From Erysipelotrichaceae bacterium MTC7 (GTDB lineage: Bacteria > Bacillota_I > Bacilli_A > Erysipelotrichales > Erysipelotrichaceae), in contig LVZN01000012.1 of NCBI GenBank assembly GCA_001695645.1, positions 90,001-122,000 of the forward strand: a DNA stretch of 32,000 nucleotides. Direction: 5' to 3'. Shown one piece after another: positions 23,568 through 32,000 of this stretch. Below the pieces are notes generated by a model. The model was not told the origin of the DNA. It worked only from the letters and a program-made list of their open reading frames with translations, and did no database searches. The translations under genes were made by a program, and so were the position numbers. Position 1 is the stretch's first letter; each line of letters opens with the position of its first letter.

Positions 23568-26201
23568 ATGGGGGATAAATTTGTTTATTCATTTCATGAA
23601 GGAAATGAAACAATGCGAAACTTGCTTGGAGGTAAGGGAGCAAACTTAGCTGGTATGATTAATTTGGGAATGCCAGTTCCTAATGGGTTTACCGTTACAA
23701 CCGAAGCTTGTAACAAGTATTACGATGATGGTGAAAAGATTGATAATGCAATTGTTAATGAGATTTTTACACATCTAGAAGAATTAGAAAAAACATCAGG
23801 CAAAGTATTTGGTGATCCGAACAATCCATTACTTGTATCTGTACGTAGTGGTTCACGGGCAAGTATGCCTGGAATGATGGATACCATTCTTAACTTAGGG
23901 TTGAATGATGATGTCGTGGAAGGTCTTGCAAAACTTACCAATAATCCAAGATTTGCATATGATTCATATCGTCGATTTATTCAAATGTTTGCGGATGTTG
24001 TTATGGGATTATCAAAATCGAAATTCGAAACGGTAATCGATGATATTAAAGCTGAACGTAAAGTGGAATTGGATACCGATCTTACAACCGACGATTTAAA
24101 AGAAATGGTTCGTCGTTTCAAATCGTTCTATCATGCTGAATTAAAAGCAGATTTCCCATTAGATCCTAAAGAACAACTTGCTTTAGCGATTGAAGCCGTT
24201 TTTAAATCTTGGAACAATCCTAGAGCGATCTACTATCGTAAAATGAACGATATTCCTTCAAGCTGGGGAACTGCAGTTAACGTGCAAATGATGGTCTTTG
24301 GAAATATGGGAGATACATCTGGTACGGGAGTTGCCTTTACACGTAACCCAAGTACAGGGGAAAATAAACTGTATGGTGAATTCTTAATGAATGCACAAGG
24401 TGAAGATGTTGTTGCTGGTATTCGTACGCCAAACCACATCAGTGAACTAAAAAAGGTTATGCCTGAAGCTTACGACGAGTTTGTGGCAATCGCGAAACGT
24501 TTGGAAGAACACTATCATGATATGCAGGATATGGAATTTACCATTGAAAATAAAAAACTGTATATGCTACAAACACGAAACGGAAAACGTACAGCTAAAG
24601 CAGCATTAAAAATTGCATGTGACTTAGTGGACGAAGGTTTACTAACAAAAGAAGAAGCAATTCTAATGGTCAATCCTAATCAATTGGATGCATTATTACA
24701 TCCACAGTTTGATATGGACGATATAAAAGGTGAAACACCAATTGCTACTGGTCTTCCGGCTTCACCAGGGGCTGCAACAGGGCAAGTTGTCTTCAATGCA
24801 GAAGATGCAACAGCATATGCTTTAAAAGGTCACAGAGTGATTCTTGTGCGTCTAGAGACATCTCCAGAAGATATTGAAGGTATGAACTCATCAAAAGGTA
24901 TTTTGACGGTTCGTGGTGGTATGACGAGTCACGCAGCTGTTGTTGCGCGTGGTATGGGAATTTGTTGTGTTTCTGGAGTTGGTGAAATCAAAATCAACGA
25001 AGAAAACAAAACGTTTACCGTTGGAGGAAAAACATACAAAGAATACGACTATATCTCACTTGATGGATCAACTGGACATGTGTATGGTCGTGAACTAAAA
25101 ACAGTACCTGCTTCCATTCAAGATGAATTCCAAACATTTATGGATTGGGCAGATGAATTTAGAACATTAAAAGTACGAACAAATGCAGATACGCCTAGAG
25201 ATGCAAAACAAGCATTGTCGTTTGGTGCAGAAGGAATTGGACTTGTGCGTACGGAACATATGTTCTTTGAAGGGGAACGAATCAAAGCAATTCGTGAAAT
25301 GATTGTTTCAAAAACAAGTGATCAAAGAAAACGTGCACTTGCAAAATTATTGCCAATGCAAAAAGGTGACTTCGAAGCGATTTATGAAGCGATGGAAGGA
25401 CGTCCAGTCACAGTTCGTTACTTAGATCCACCATTACATGAATTCTTACCAACATCTTCATACGATATTACACAACTCGCACTGGATATGGGAATGGAAG
25501 TTGACGAATTAAAAGGAATCATTCAAGGATTGCATGAATTCAACCCAATGATGGGACATCGTGGAGTACGTCTTGATATTTCTTATCCAGAAATCGCAGA
25601 AATGCAAACACGCGCAGTTATTGAAGCAGCTATCGCGGTAAACAAGCGCAATGCTAACTTTAAAGTTGTGCCTGAAATTATGATTCCGCTTGTAGGTGAC
25701 GTGGCAGAATTACGATACGTAAAAGCTGTAGTGAAGAAAGTCGCTGATGAAATCATAGCTGAAGCTGGCATAAAACTTGAATACTTGGTAGGTACGATGA
25801 TTGAAATTCCTCGTGCTGCGTTGACTGCAGATGAAATTGCAGAAGAAGCAGAGTTCTTCTCGTTTGGAACGAATGACCTTACACAAATGACATTTGGATT
25901 CTCACGAGATGATGCTGGTAGTTTCTTAAATGACTACTATGACAAACACATCTATGAACAAGACCCATTCCAACGCTTGGACCAAAAAGGGGTTGGAAAA
26001 CTTGTAAAAATGGCAGTTGAACTTGGGCAAAAAACAAGACCGAATATCAAACTTGGTATTTGTGGGGAACATGGTGGAGACCCATCAAGTATTGAGTTCT
26101 GTCACAATGTTGGACTTCAGTATGTTTCATGTAGTCCATTTAGAGTACCGATTGCACGTCTTGCAGCAGCGCAAGCAGCAATTCGTCAAAACAATAAATA
26201 G
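23568..26201 (+). CDS. ppdK: Pyruvate, phosphate dikinase
   Basis: SD AAGGAGG precedes ATG 23568 (MGDKFVYSFHEG...), so the track's 23466 start is upstream read-through. Motifs LGGKGANLAGM, phospho-His GGMTSHAAVVARG, and C-terminal PEP-utilising domain GICGEHGGDP. Confidence 0.93.
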   Translation: MGDKFVYSFHEGNETMRNLLGGKGANLAGMINLGMPVPNGFTVTTEACNKYYDDGEKIDNAIVNEIFTHLEELEKTSGKVFGDPNNPLLVSVRSGSRASMPGMMDTILNLGLNDDVVEGLAKLTNNPRFAYDSYRRFIQMFADVVMGLSKSKFETVIDDIKAERKVELDTDLTTDDLKEMVRRFKSFYHAELKADFPLDPKEQLALAIEAVFKSWNNPRAIYYRKMNDIPSSWGTAVNVQMMVFGNMGDTSGTGVAFTRNPSTGENKLYGEFLMNAQGEDVVAGIRTPNHISELKKVMPEAYDEFVAIAKRLEEHYHDMQDMEFTIENKKLYMLQTRNGKRTAKAALKIACDLVDEGLLTKEEAILMVNPNQLDALLHPQFDMDDIKGETPIATGLPASPGAATGQVVFNAEDATAYALKGHRVILVRLETSPEDIEGMNSSKGILTVRGGMTSHAAVVARGMGICCVSGVGEIKINEENKTFTVGGKTYKEYDYISLDGSTGHVYGRELKTVPASIQDEFQTFMDWADEFRTLKVRTNADTPRDAKQALSFGAEGIGLVRTEHMFFEGERIKAIREMIVSKTSDQRKRALAKLLPMQKGDFEAIYEAMEGRPVTVRYLDPPLHEFLPTSSYDITQLALDMGMEVDELKGIIQGLHEFNPMMGHRGVRLDISYPEIAEMQTRAVIEAAIAVNKRNANFKVVPEIMIPLVGDVAELRYVKAVVKKVADEIIAEAGIKLEYLVGTMIEIPRAALTADEIAEEAEFFSFGTNDLTQMTFGFSRDDAGSFLNDYYDKHIYEQDPFQRLDQKGVGKLVKMAVELGQKTRPNIKLGICGEHGGDPSSIEFCHNVGLQYVSCSPFRVPIARLAAAQAAIRQNNK

Positions 26202-26204
26202 CAT

Positions 26205-26239
26205 AAAAAACGATGTCGTTGAGTTGACATCGTTTTTTT
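26205..26239. terminator. Bidirectional terminator between convergent ppdK and the DUF853 gene
   Basis: ACGATGTC (26210-26217) pairs with GACATCGT (26226-26233). The stem is flanked by an A-run and a T7 run. Confidence 0.75.
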
Positions 26240-26253
26240 GTATATGATATTTC

Positions 26254-27801
26254 TTACTTCTTTCGGGTTCCAAAGATACCGCGAATGATACTGTTTCCGA
26301 CATTACGACCGATAGAACTAAGTGTATTGCCGACTAGACGATCAATTTGACGATTGCGACGATCGATCTTCTTTTGTTCCGCTTTTTCTTTTCGAGCTTG
26401 TTCCTTTTGTTGTAGTTTTTCAAGTTCTTTAGCTTTTTTAGCATCTAACTTTGCTTGCTCTTTTGCTTGTTTTTCAGCTTCATTGGCTGCTAGTTTTTCA
26501 GCTTGTAACGTTTCTGTTTTTTCTTGCAAATCTTCGTATGCGGATTTACTATCTACAGCATTGCGATATTTTGCTTCCACTGGGTTGTTGCGAATGAGGT
26601 TGTCAATGGTTGCTTCATCTGCGACACCCATACTGCTTCGTGGAGGAAGTACCATGGCACGTTGCACCATTTGCGGGATTCCTTTTGTATCAAGAAAAGA
26701 GATAAGAGCTTCACCAGTACCGAGTTCTTGTAAAGCCGTCTCCGTATCAAAGCTTGGATTGATCCGAAATGAAGCTGCAGTTGCTTTAATCGCTTTTTGA
26801 TCCGCTGGTGTATATGCGCGTAGTGCATGTTGGATTTTATTACCAAGTTGACTTAATACGCTATTTGGAATATCGGTAGGTTGTTGACTAATGAAGTAAA
26901 CACCAACTCCTTTGGAACGAATGAGTTTCACAACTTGCTCAACTTTATCTAATAGGGCTTTTCGTGCATCTTTAAATAAGAGATGCGCTTCATCAAAGAA
27001 GAAGACCATTTTTGGTTTATCCAAATCACCAACTTCTGGCAACGTTTCGTAAATTTCTGATAATAACCAAAGTAAGAATGTCGAATACAGTGGTGGGTTT
27101 TGCGCAAGTTTTACTGCATGTAGGATATTGATGATTCCTTTGTTTGTGGCAGGGTCACTCACAATCCAATCTTTGATATCAAGTTCGGGTTCACCAATAA
27201 ACAAATTTCCATCTGCTGCTTCAAGCGCAACCAATGCACGCATGATAGAGCCAGTTGTTGCTGAAGCGATGTTTCCGTAATCTTTTTGAATGCTTTCACG
27301 ATTTGCGTCTACATACTGTAACATTGCTTTTAAATCTTTGATATCAAATAATAACAGTTGATTTTCATCGGCAATTTTAAATATCACCTTTAACACGGAT
27401 GCTTGAAGTTCGTTCAACTCAAGAATTCGTGCAAGTAAATCTGGACCTAAATCAGAAATTGTTGTTCGTACGGGAGTTCCTTTTTCTCCATAGACATCAT
27501 AAAAACGTACGGGATATCCGCTAAAACTCCAATCGTTTATTTTCATTGCATCAACGCGTTCCTCCACGTTTTTGTTGGGTTCTCCAGGGATGGCTAATCC
27601 AGAAACATCACCTTTAATATCCGCTAAAAACACTGGCACGCCAGCATCACTAAACCCTTCTGCGAGCACTTTTAAGGTCACCGTCTTTCCAGTTCCAGTT
27701 GCTCCAGAAATTAGTCCATGGCGATTTGCCATTTTTGGTAATAGGTAGACAGGGGATTCACCAGTAGCTACCCAAATTTCGTTTTGATCTTTTACAAACA
27801 T
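26254..27801 (-). CDS. HerA-like P-loop ATPase of the DUF853 (YjgR) family
   Basis: Walker A GATGTGKT, Walker B-like MVFFFDEAH, and a K/E-rich coiled C-terminal tail ending in a basic amphipathic segment. SD AGGAAAGGA upstream. Confidence 0.85.
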   Translation of the reverse strand: MFVKDQNEIWVATGESPVYLLPKMANRHGLISGATGTGKTVTLKVLAEGFSDAGVPVFLADIKGDVSGLAIPGEPNKNVEERVDAMKINDWSFSGYPVRFYDVYGEKGTPVRTTISDLGPDLLARILELNELQASVLKVIFKIADENQLLLFDIKDLKAMLQYVDANRESIQKDYGNIASATTGSIMRALVALEAADGNLFIGEPELDIKDWIVSDPATNKGIINILHAVKLAQNPPLYSTFLLWLLSEIYETLPEVGDLDKPKMVFFFDEAHLLFKDARKALLDKVEQVVKLIRSKGVGVYFISQQPTDIPNSVLSQLGNKIQHALRAYTPADQKAIKATAASFRINPSFDTETALQELGTGEALISFLDTKGIPQMVQRAMVLPPRSSMGVADEATIDNLIRNNPVEAKYRNAVDSKSAYEDLQEKTETLQAEKLAANEAEKQAKEQAKLDAKKAKELEKLQQKEQARKEKAEQKKIDRRNRQIDRLVGNTLSSIGRNVGNSIIRGIFGTRKK

Positions 27802-27942
27802 AAATATGTCCTTTCCTAAATTATGAATACATCATCATTCTAACAATCTTTACTAGCTTTGTATAGAAAAGTAACCAGGTTGTTAGATACTTTCAATGCA
27901 ACTTAATTCATAGTATAATAGGGAAACGACAAAGGAGTGTCT

Positions 27943-29172
27943 ATGGCATTATTAGCAAAACTATTTATCAAAAATTATAAAAACTTTAACGATCCAAAGG
28001 TACGTTCTGCTTACGGTCGAATGGCAAGCATCTACGGTATCTTTTGGAACCTTTTACTATTTCTTGGGAAACTAATCGTGGGGATTTTATTTCACAGTGT
28101 TTCCATCCAAGCAGATGCATTTAATAACTTAAGTGATGCTGGTAGTTCGATTTTATCGTTAATTAGCTTTATCTTTGCATCACAGCCTGCAGATAAAGAA
28201 CACCCATTTGGACATGAACGATTGGAATACATTTTTTCTATGATTATTTCATTTATTATTCTGTTTTTTGGAATTCAGTTGATTACAACTTCCATTGAAA
28301 ATATCATTCATCCCAAAAATGTAGAAATGAACCCTGTGATGCTTGGAATGTTAATTGCATCCATCGTTGTCAAAATATACATGTATATGTACAATACCCG
28401 TTATGGAAAACGTATTGGTTCAACCGTCATGCAAGCAACTGCTATTGATAGCTTTAGTGATGTTCTTGGAACTAGTGTTGTATTAATTGGGTTAACAATC
28501 TCGTATTTCTTTGCTATCCAACTCGATGGATATTTAGGGATTGTTGTTGCTTTATTTGTTTTAAAATCAGGTTGGGATATTGTGAGCGAAACCTTTAATA
28601 AATTAATTGGGGAAGCACCAAGTGTTGATTTTACAAAAAAAGTTGCTGCTAAAATTTTATCGTATCCAGGTGTCCTGGGCGTTCATGAGATGATTGTTCA
28701 TAATTATGGGCCTGATCAAACATTCGTGACGATTCACGTAGAAATTGATAGCAAAGAAGATATGATGGAAGCCCACTCAACCATTGATGGAATTGAGCAT
28801 GATTTCTTGGAACAAGATAACATTCATTTGGTTATTCATATGGACCCAATTGATATTGACGATCCATATACGAATGAAATGCGCGAGCAAATGGAAAAGG
28901 TTCTTGCTGAAATTGATCCATATTTATCACTTCATGATTTTCGTGTGGTAAAAACAAAAACGCATAACAATTTTATCTTTGATGTTGAAATTCCAATTGA
29001 TTATAAAATGAGTGAACAGGAACTTATTGATTTGATTGAAGCAAAGGTACCACAAGGAAATATTCCAAACTATGCCATTGTTGACGTCGATCGTGCTTAT
29101 GCACCAATGAAAGATTATGAAGTCGAAGCAAACGAGAACAATGAACAAGAAAAACAAGACCTAACAAAATAA
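27943..29172 (+). CDS. Cation diffusion facilitator exporter, Mn-type ligand signature
   Basis: Six TM segments and a cytoplasmic C-terminal domain. TM2 has NNLSD (NxxxD) and TM5 has DSFSD (DxxxD), the quartet I associate with MntE-like Mn-CDFs. HPFGHERLE motif. ATG 27943 fits SD AAGGAG better than the track's GTG 27937. Confidence 0.85.
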   Translation: MALLAKLFIKNYKNFNDPKVRSAYGRMASIYGIFWNLLLFLGKLIVGILFHSVSIQADAFNNLSDAGSSILSLISFIFASQPADKEHPFGHERLEYIFSMIISFIILFFGIQLITTSIENIIHPKNVEMNPVMLGMLIASIVVKIYMYMYNTRYGKRIGSTVMQATAIDSFSDVLGTSVVLIGLTISYFFAIQLDGYLGIVVALFVLKSGWDIVSETFNKLIGEAPSVDFTKKVAAKILSYPGVLGVHEMIVHNYGPDQTFVTIHVEIDSKEDMMEAHSTIDGIEHDFLEQDNIHLVIHMDPIDIDDPYTNEMREQMEKVLAEIDPYLSLHDFRVVKTKTHNNFIFDVEIPIDYKMSEQELIDLIEAKVPQGNIPNYAIVDVDRAYAPMKDYEVEANENNEQEKQDLTK

Positions 29173-29187
29173 GTGAGTCTAAAGTAA

Positions 29188-29226
29188 AATCCCGTATATA
29201 GGTAACTATATACGGGATTGTTTTTA
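29188..29226. terminator. Bidirectional terminator between the CDF gene and pgeF
   Basis: 13-bp stem AATCCCGTATATA/TATATACGGGATT with loop GGTAAC, flanked by T-runs on both strands. Confidence 0.75.
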
Positions 29227-29982
29227 TTTCTGTAAGATAAAGGTTAAGTTGCGGCCAGTATCTTTGTTTTTACGGTAAGAGAAGAAATTCTCAGTATCCT
29301 CATATGTATCTTCCGGTTGCATAATAATGTTGGTGTCAGGTATACCTGCATCACGTAGCATTTTATGGTTTAAACCTTTCAAGTCTAAATAATACGTATC
29401 ATTACCTTTAGACATGTAATACACAGATGTATCGAAATCTAGTTTTTCAACTTCATCGATAACTTCTTGTCCGACTTCGAAACTGGTGAAATCAATTGCA
29501 GGCCCAATAATTACACGTAATGCACTTGCTTCACAGTTTTCATCAGTAAGTAGGGTATTGACCATTTTTTTGGTGATTTGACCTACAGTGCCTTTCCATC
29601 CTGCGTGTATAGCTGCGATGATGTGTTGATCTTGATCGTGAATTAAAATTGGCACGCAATCGGCAGTAAACACACCAATTAGAACATTGTGTAAATCTGT
29701 ATATAATGCATCGCAATCAGGAATGGCATCTTTTGTGCTAAATGCACCAGCTCCAATATCCTCCTTTGTGACTTTGTGAATGTTTGTACTATGTGTTTGG
29801 TTTGCAAATGTACATTTACTTAAGTCAAAATCAAGTTCATTCATAAAGTCTTTACGATTGGAAATGACTTCTTCACTTTGATCAGTTGTGTGTAAAGCAA
29901 GGTTGTTGTCTTGTGGTTTGGATGGGTCTTTTAATGTTGTACCAGCATAGACTTCGCTAACTTGTGAATAATTTATATGCAT
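29224..29982 (-). CDS. pgeF: YfiH/PgeF family (DUF152, laccase-domain) protein
   Basis: Motifs NQTHSTNIH, FTADCVPIL and AAIHAGWKGT. SD AAAGGAG precedes ATG 29982 (MHINY...). The track's longer ORF overlaps the upstream gene. Confidence 0.85.
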   Translation of the reverse strand: MHINYSQVSEVYAGTTLKDPSKPQDNNLALHTTDQSEEVISNRKDFMNELDFDLSKCTFANQTHSTNIHKVTKEDIGAGAFSTKDAIPDCDALYTDLHNVLIGVFTADCVPILIHDQDQHIIAAIHAGWKGTVGQITKKMVNTLLTDENCEASALRVIIGPAIDFTSFEVGQEVIDEVEKLDFDTSVYYMSKGNDTYYLDLKGLNHKMLRDAGIPDTNIIMQPEDTYEDTENFFSYRKNKDTGRNLTFILQK

Positions 29983-29992
29983 ATGGGCTCCT

Positions 29993-30922
29993 TTATTCAT
30001 ATTTACTTTGTTGATAAGCTGCAAACACATCGTTTAGTTCAGCTATTAAATTTGGTGAGTTAACTATACCATCAGTAAAAATAGCAATCAAGTATGGATG
30101 TTTTGTATATACGATTCCATAGTCGTGAACATAGCCACCATATTCACCATATTTGTGTGCAACTTCATAATCTTGAGCAACATCACTAGCTTGTAAAAAC
30201 TGACCAGCCGTTGCTTTTTTCATAAGTTGAATCAGGGAAGTATAGGTCTCTTGGTGATTATATAAATAACGAAGCACGTGCATGCTACTATTTGCAGTGG
30301 ATACATTGCTATACATTTCATCAGTACTAAATTGACTTGCGCCATAGTTTGTAAAATATTGATAGGTTTCAACGACGCCAGTGTTATATAGTAACATCAA
30401 AGCTGCAGTATTATCACTATTTACAATGGATTGTTCTAGCAGATAGGATAGGGGAACATATTGACCAACTTCAAAGTTTGTGGATACACCTTCGCCTTCA
30501 ATAAACGCATCACCCATAAGGGGAAGCGTACTTTGTTCGCTGTAAACTCCTTGTGCAATTAAGTCGTAGTAATACATAGCTAGTGGTAATTTGTAAGTAC
30601 TAGCCGCTAACATCTTCTGATTCTCGTTTACGTTTATACTTTCTTCATCATTAGGGTCGTAATACATATACGAGAGTTGTGTATCATCAAATGTGTATTT
30701 CTTTAACACTTTATCTATCTCATGTTTCAACTTGTTTTCACTCCATGGGCTTATCTTGGAAGTCGTTTCTTCTTTTTTTATGGTTTCTGTTGATGGCGTC
30801 TTTGTTTCTTTTCCGGTATCGGTATTGGTCGAACCATCGTGCAAAAGTGCAATCAAAAACCCCTCAAACAGCAAACAACAAACAATGATGATTAAGAGGA
30901 TAAATTTCTTATTTGTTTTCAT
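29993..30922 (-). CDS. Membrane-anchored serine hydrolase related to class A beta-lactamases
   Basis: N-terminal TM anchor. SxxK motif in AASTYK, SDN in VNSDNTAA, and a KTG-like HKYG. Confidence 0.72.
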   Translation of the reverse strand: MKTNKKFILLIIIVCCLLFEGFLIALLHDGSTNTDTGKETKTPSTETIKKEETTSKISPWSENKLKHEIDKVLKKYTFDDTQLSYMYYDPNDEESINVNENQKMLAASTYKLPLAMYYYDLIAQGVYSEQSTLPLMGDAFIEGEGVSTNFEVGQYVPLSYLLEQSIVNSDNTAALMLLYNTGVVETYQYFTNYGASQFSTDEMYSNVSTANSSMHVLRYLYNHQETYTSLIQLMKKATAGQFLQASDVAQDYEVAHKYGEYGGYVHDYGIVYTKHPYLIAIFTDGIVNSPNLIAELNDVFAAYQQSKYE

Positions 30923-31061
30923 ATGTATAGTTTAGCACTATTTCAATTTTCTGTCATAAAATCGCTTTTTCATGTCGTGAAAGTCATGTACAACGTATCG
31001 TTTTATGAAACAACGTACATGCATTACAAATAAAAAAAGAAAAAATAAAAATATTCAGAAA

Positions 31062-31088
31062 ATTAGCACTTTATGCTTGACAGTGCTA
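31062..31088. promoter_or_regulatory. CIRCE element 1, overlapping the hrcA -35
   Basis: TTAGCACTT-N9-CAGTGCTAA matches consensus at 16/18. It contains TTGACA (31076-31081), which pairs with TATAGT (31099-31104) at 17-nt spacing. Confidence 0.7.
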
Positions 31089-31105
31089 ACTACCTGGTAT
31101 ATAGT

Positions 31106-31132
31106 ATTAGCAGATGCTCATAAAGAGTGCTA
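31106..31132. promoter_or_regulatory. CIRCE element 2, downstream of the hrcA -10
   Basis: TTAGCAGAT-N9-GAGTGCTAG matches consensus at 15/18 with exact spacing. Confidence 0.65.
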
Positions 31133-31145
31133 GAAAGGGTGTAAT

Positions 31146-32000
31146 TATGCAACTAACGGATAGACAATTATTAATCTTTAAAACGATAGTTGACGAGTTC
31201 ACAAGAACTGCAGAACCTGTTGGTTCAAAAAATTTGATGAACTTACTCGATATCAAAGTTTCAAGTGCAACCCTTCGAAATGAGATGGCTGCGTTAGAAG
31301 AGTTTGGCTTATTAGAAAAGACGCATACATCAAGCGGTCGTGTACCTTCAAGTCAAGGTTATCGATTCTATGTAGAGCATCTGATGGACAAAAAATTAGA
31401 TAGTAATGTTGAAAATGCATTAAGTGAAGTGTTCCATGAACGTCATTACAGCATTGAAGAAATCGTCAAACGTAGTTGTGATATTCTTTCGCAAATGACA
31501 AACTTGACTTCCGTGGTCCTTGGGCCAGAAACAAGTTCACAAAATTTGAAACATATTCAAATCTTTCCAGTGAACGAAAAAAGTGCTGTTTGTGTCTTTA
31601 TCACTGATCAAGGACACACCGAAAACAAAATGTTTCATTTTGAAGAAAATGTCAGTTTAAATGATATTCAAACATGTTGTAACATTATGAATGATCATTT
31701 GGCAGGGACACCCATTAATGAATTATCAAACAAACTAGAAGAAATTAAACCACTGTTATCAAGTCAAGTGGTTCGTCATGAAGTCTTATTCCAAGCATTC
31801 GTTAGTGCATTTGTAAAATTCGCTAGTGATAATGTTTATACTTCAGGAGCATCAAATATGCTTTATCAACCAGAGTTTGCGGACATTGAAAAACTTCGAG
31901 AACTGATGAAGTTCTTAGAAGATAGCAATGTTTGGCGTCAACTTGGAAGTAGTGATGAAGATATTTCGATTCGTATTGGAAATGATGATAATCAAGTGAT
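31146..32000 (+). CDS. hrcA: Heat-inducible transcription repressor HrcA (3' end lies outside the window)
   Basis: MQLTDRQLLIFKTIVDEFTRTAEPVGSKNL...SSATLRNEMAALEEFGLLEKTHTSSGRVPSSQGYRFYV. The frame is open to nt 32000. Absent from the ORF track because there is no stop in the window. Confidence 0.92.

Noticed and set aside
26354-26800. 148-aa plus-strand ORF inside the DUF853 gene, with similar antisense ORFs at 14559-14885, 15195-15581 and 22803-23112
   Set aside because: These are Ser/Cys/Phe-rich mirror images of Lys/Glu-rich coding regions. None has a start context. The opposite-strand genes have unambiguous family motifs.
30931-30939. TTTAGCACT as a possible third CIRCE near the beta-lactamase-like gene
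   Set aside because: It is only a half-site. No GAGTGCTAA-like arm occurs 9 nt away.
1-32000. CRISPR arrays, IS elements, transposases, integrases, toxin-antitoxin pairs or known multi-gene defence systems
   Set aside because: I found no regularly spaced direct repeats and no terminal inverted repeats bounding an ORF. No recombinase, nuclease or defence-type domains were recognised in any of the six-frame ORFs.

Overview
This window looks like chromosomal backbone of a low-GC Firmicute, with Bacilli/Erysipelotrichia-like gene order. I support 27 protein-coding genes, 2 tRNAs, one tRNA-derived fragment, one T-box leader and three CIRCE operators. In order, the genes are: a 5'-truncated RluA-type pseudouridine synthase; a secreted HExxH protein behind a long structured leader; an ABC-2 exporter pair; rimO; a small two-TM ORF missing from the ORF track; a divergent SOS-type cassette (Y-family polymerase + 80-aa partner versus XRE-HTH/S24 repressor + SRAP); tRNA-Lys; radC-mreC-mreD-lipoprotein-phosphoesterase; tRNA-Arg; hypothetical-tig-lon-engB; a flavodiiron protein; valS; ppdK; a DUF853/HerA-like ATPase; a CDF exporter; a beta-lactamase-like gene with pgeF; and hrcA (3'-truncated). 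No transposase, integrase, CRISPR array or recognisable defence operon is visible.

The observations most worth follow-up are:
1. A RimJ/RimL-type GNAT is fused in frame to ValS. The valine T-box sits upstream of the GNAT, not directly upstream of valS.
2. The compact damage-tolerance cassette ends beside an exact 27-nt inverted copy of the tRNA-Arg 3' end.
3. A CIRCE operator lies behind an hrcA-like promoter upstream of the tig-lon block.
4. The roughly 295-nt leader of the metalloprotease gene carries a duplicated bipartite motif whose substitutions preserve a hairpin.
5. A ZnuA/TroA-fold lipoprotein in the mreCD operon appears to have lost all four metal ligands.

All family assignments come from motif recognition by eye. 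No database search or computation was run.
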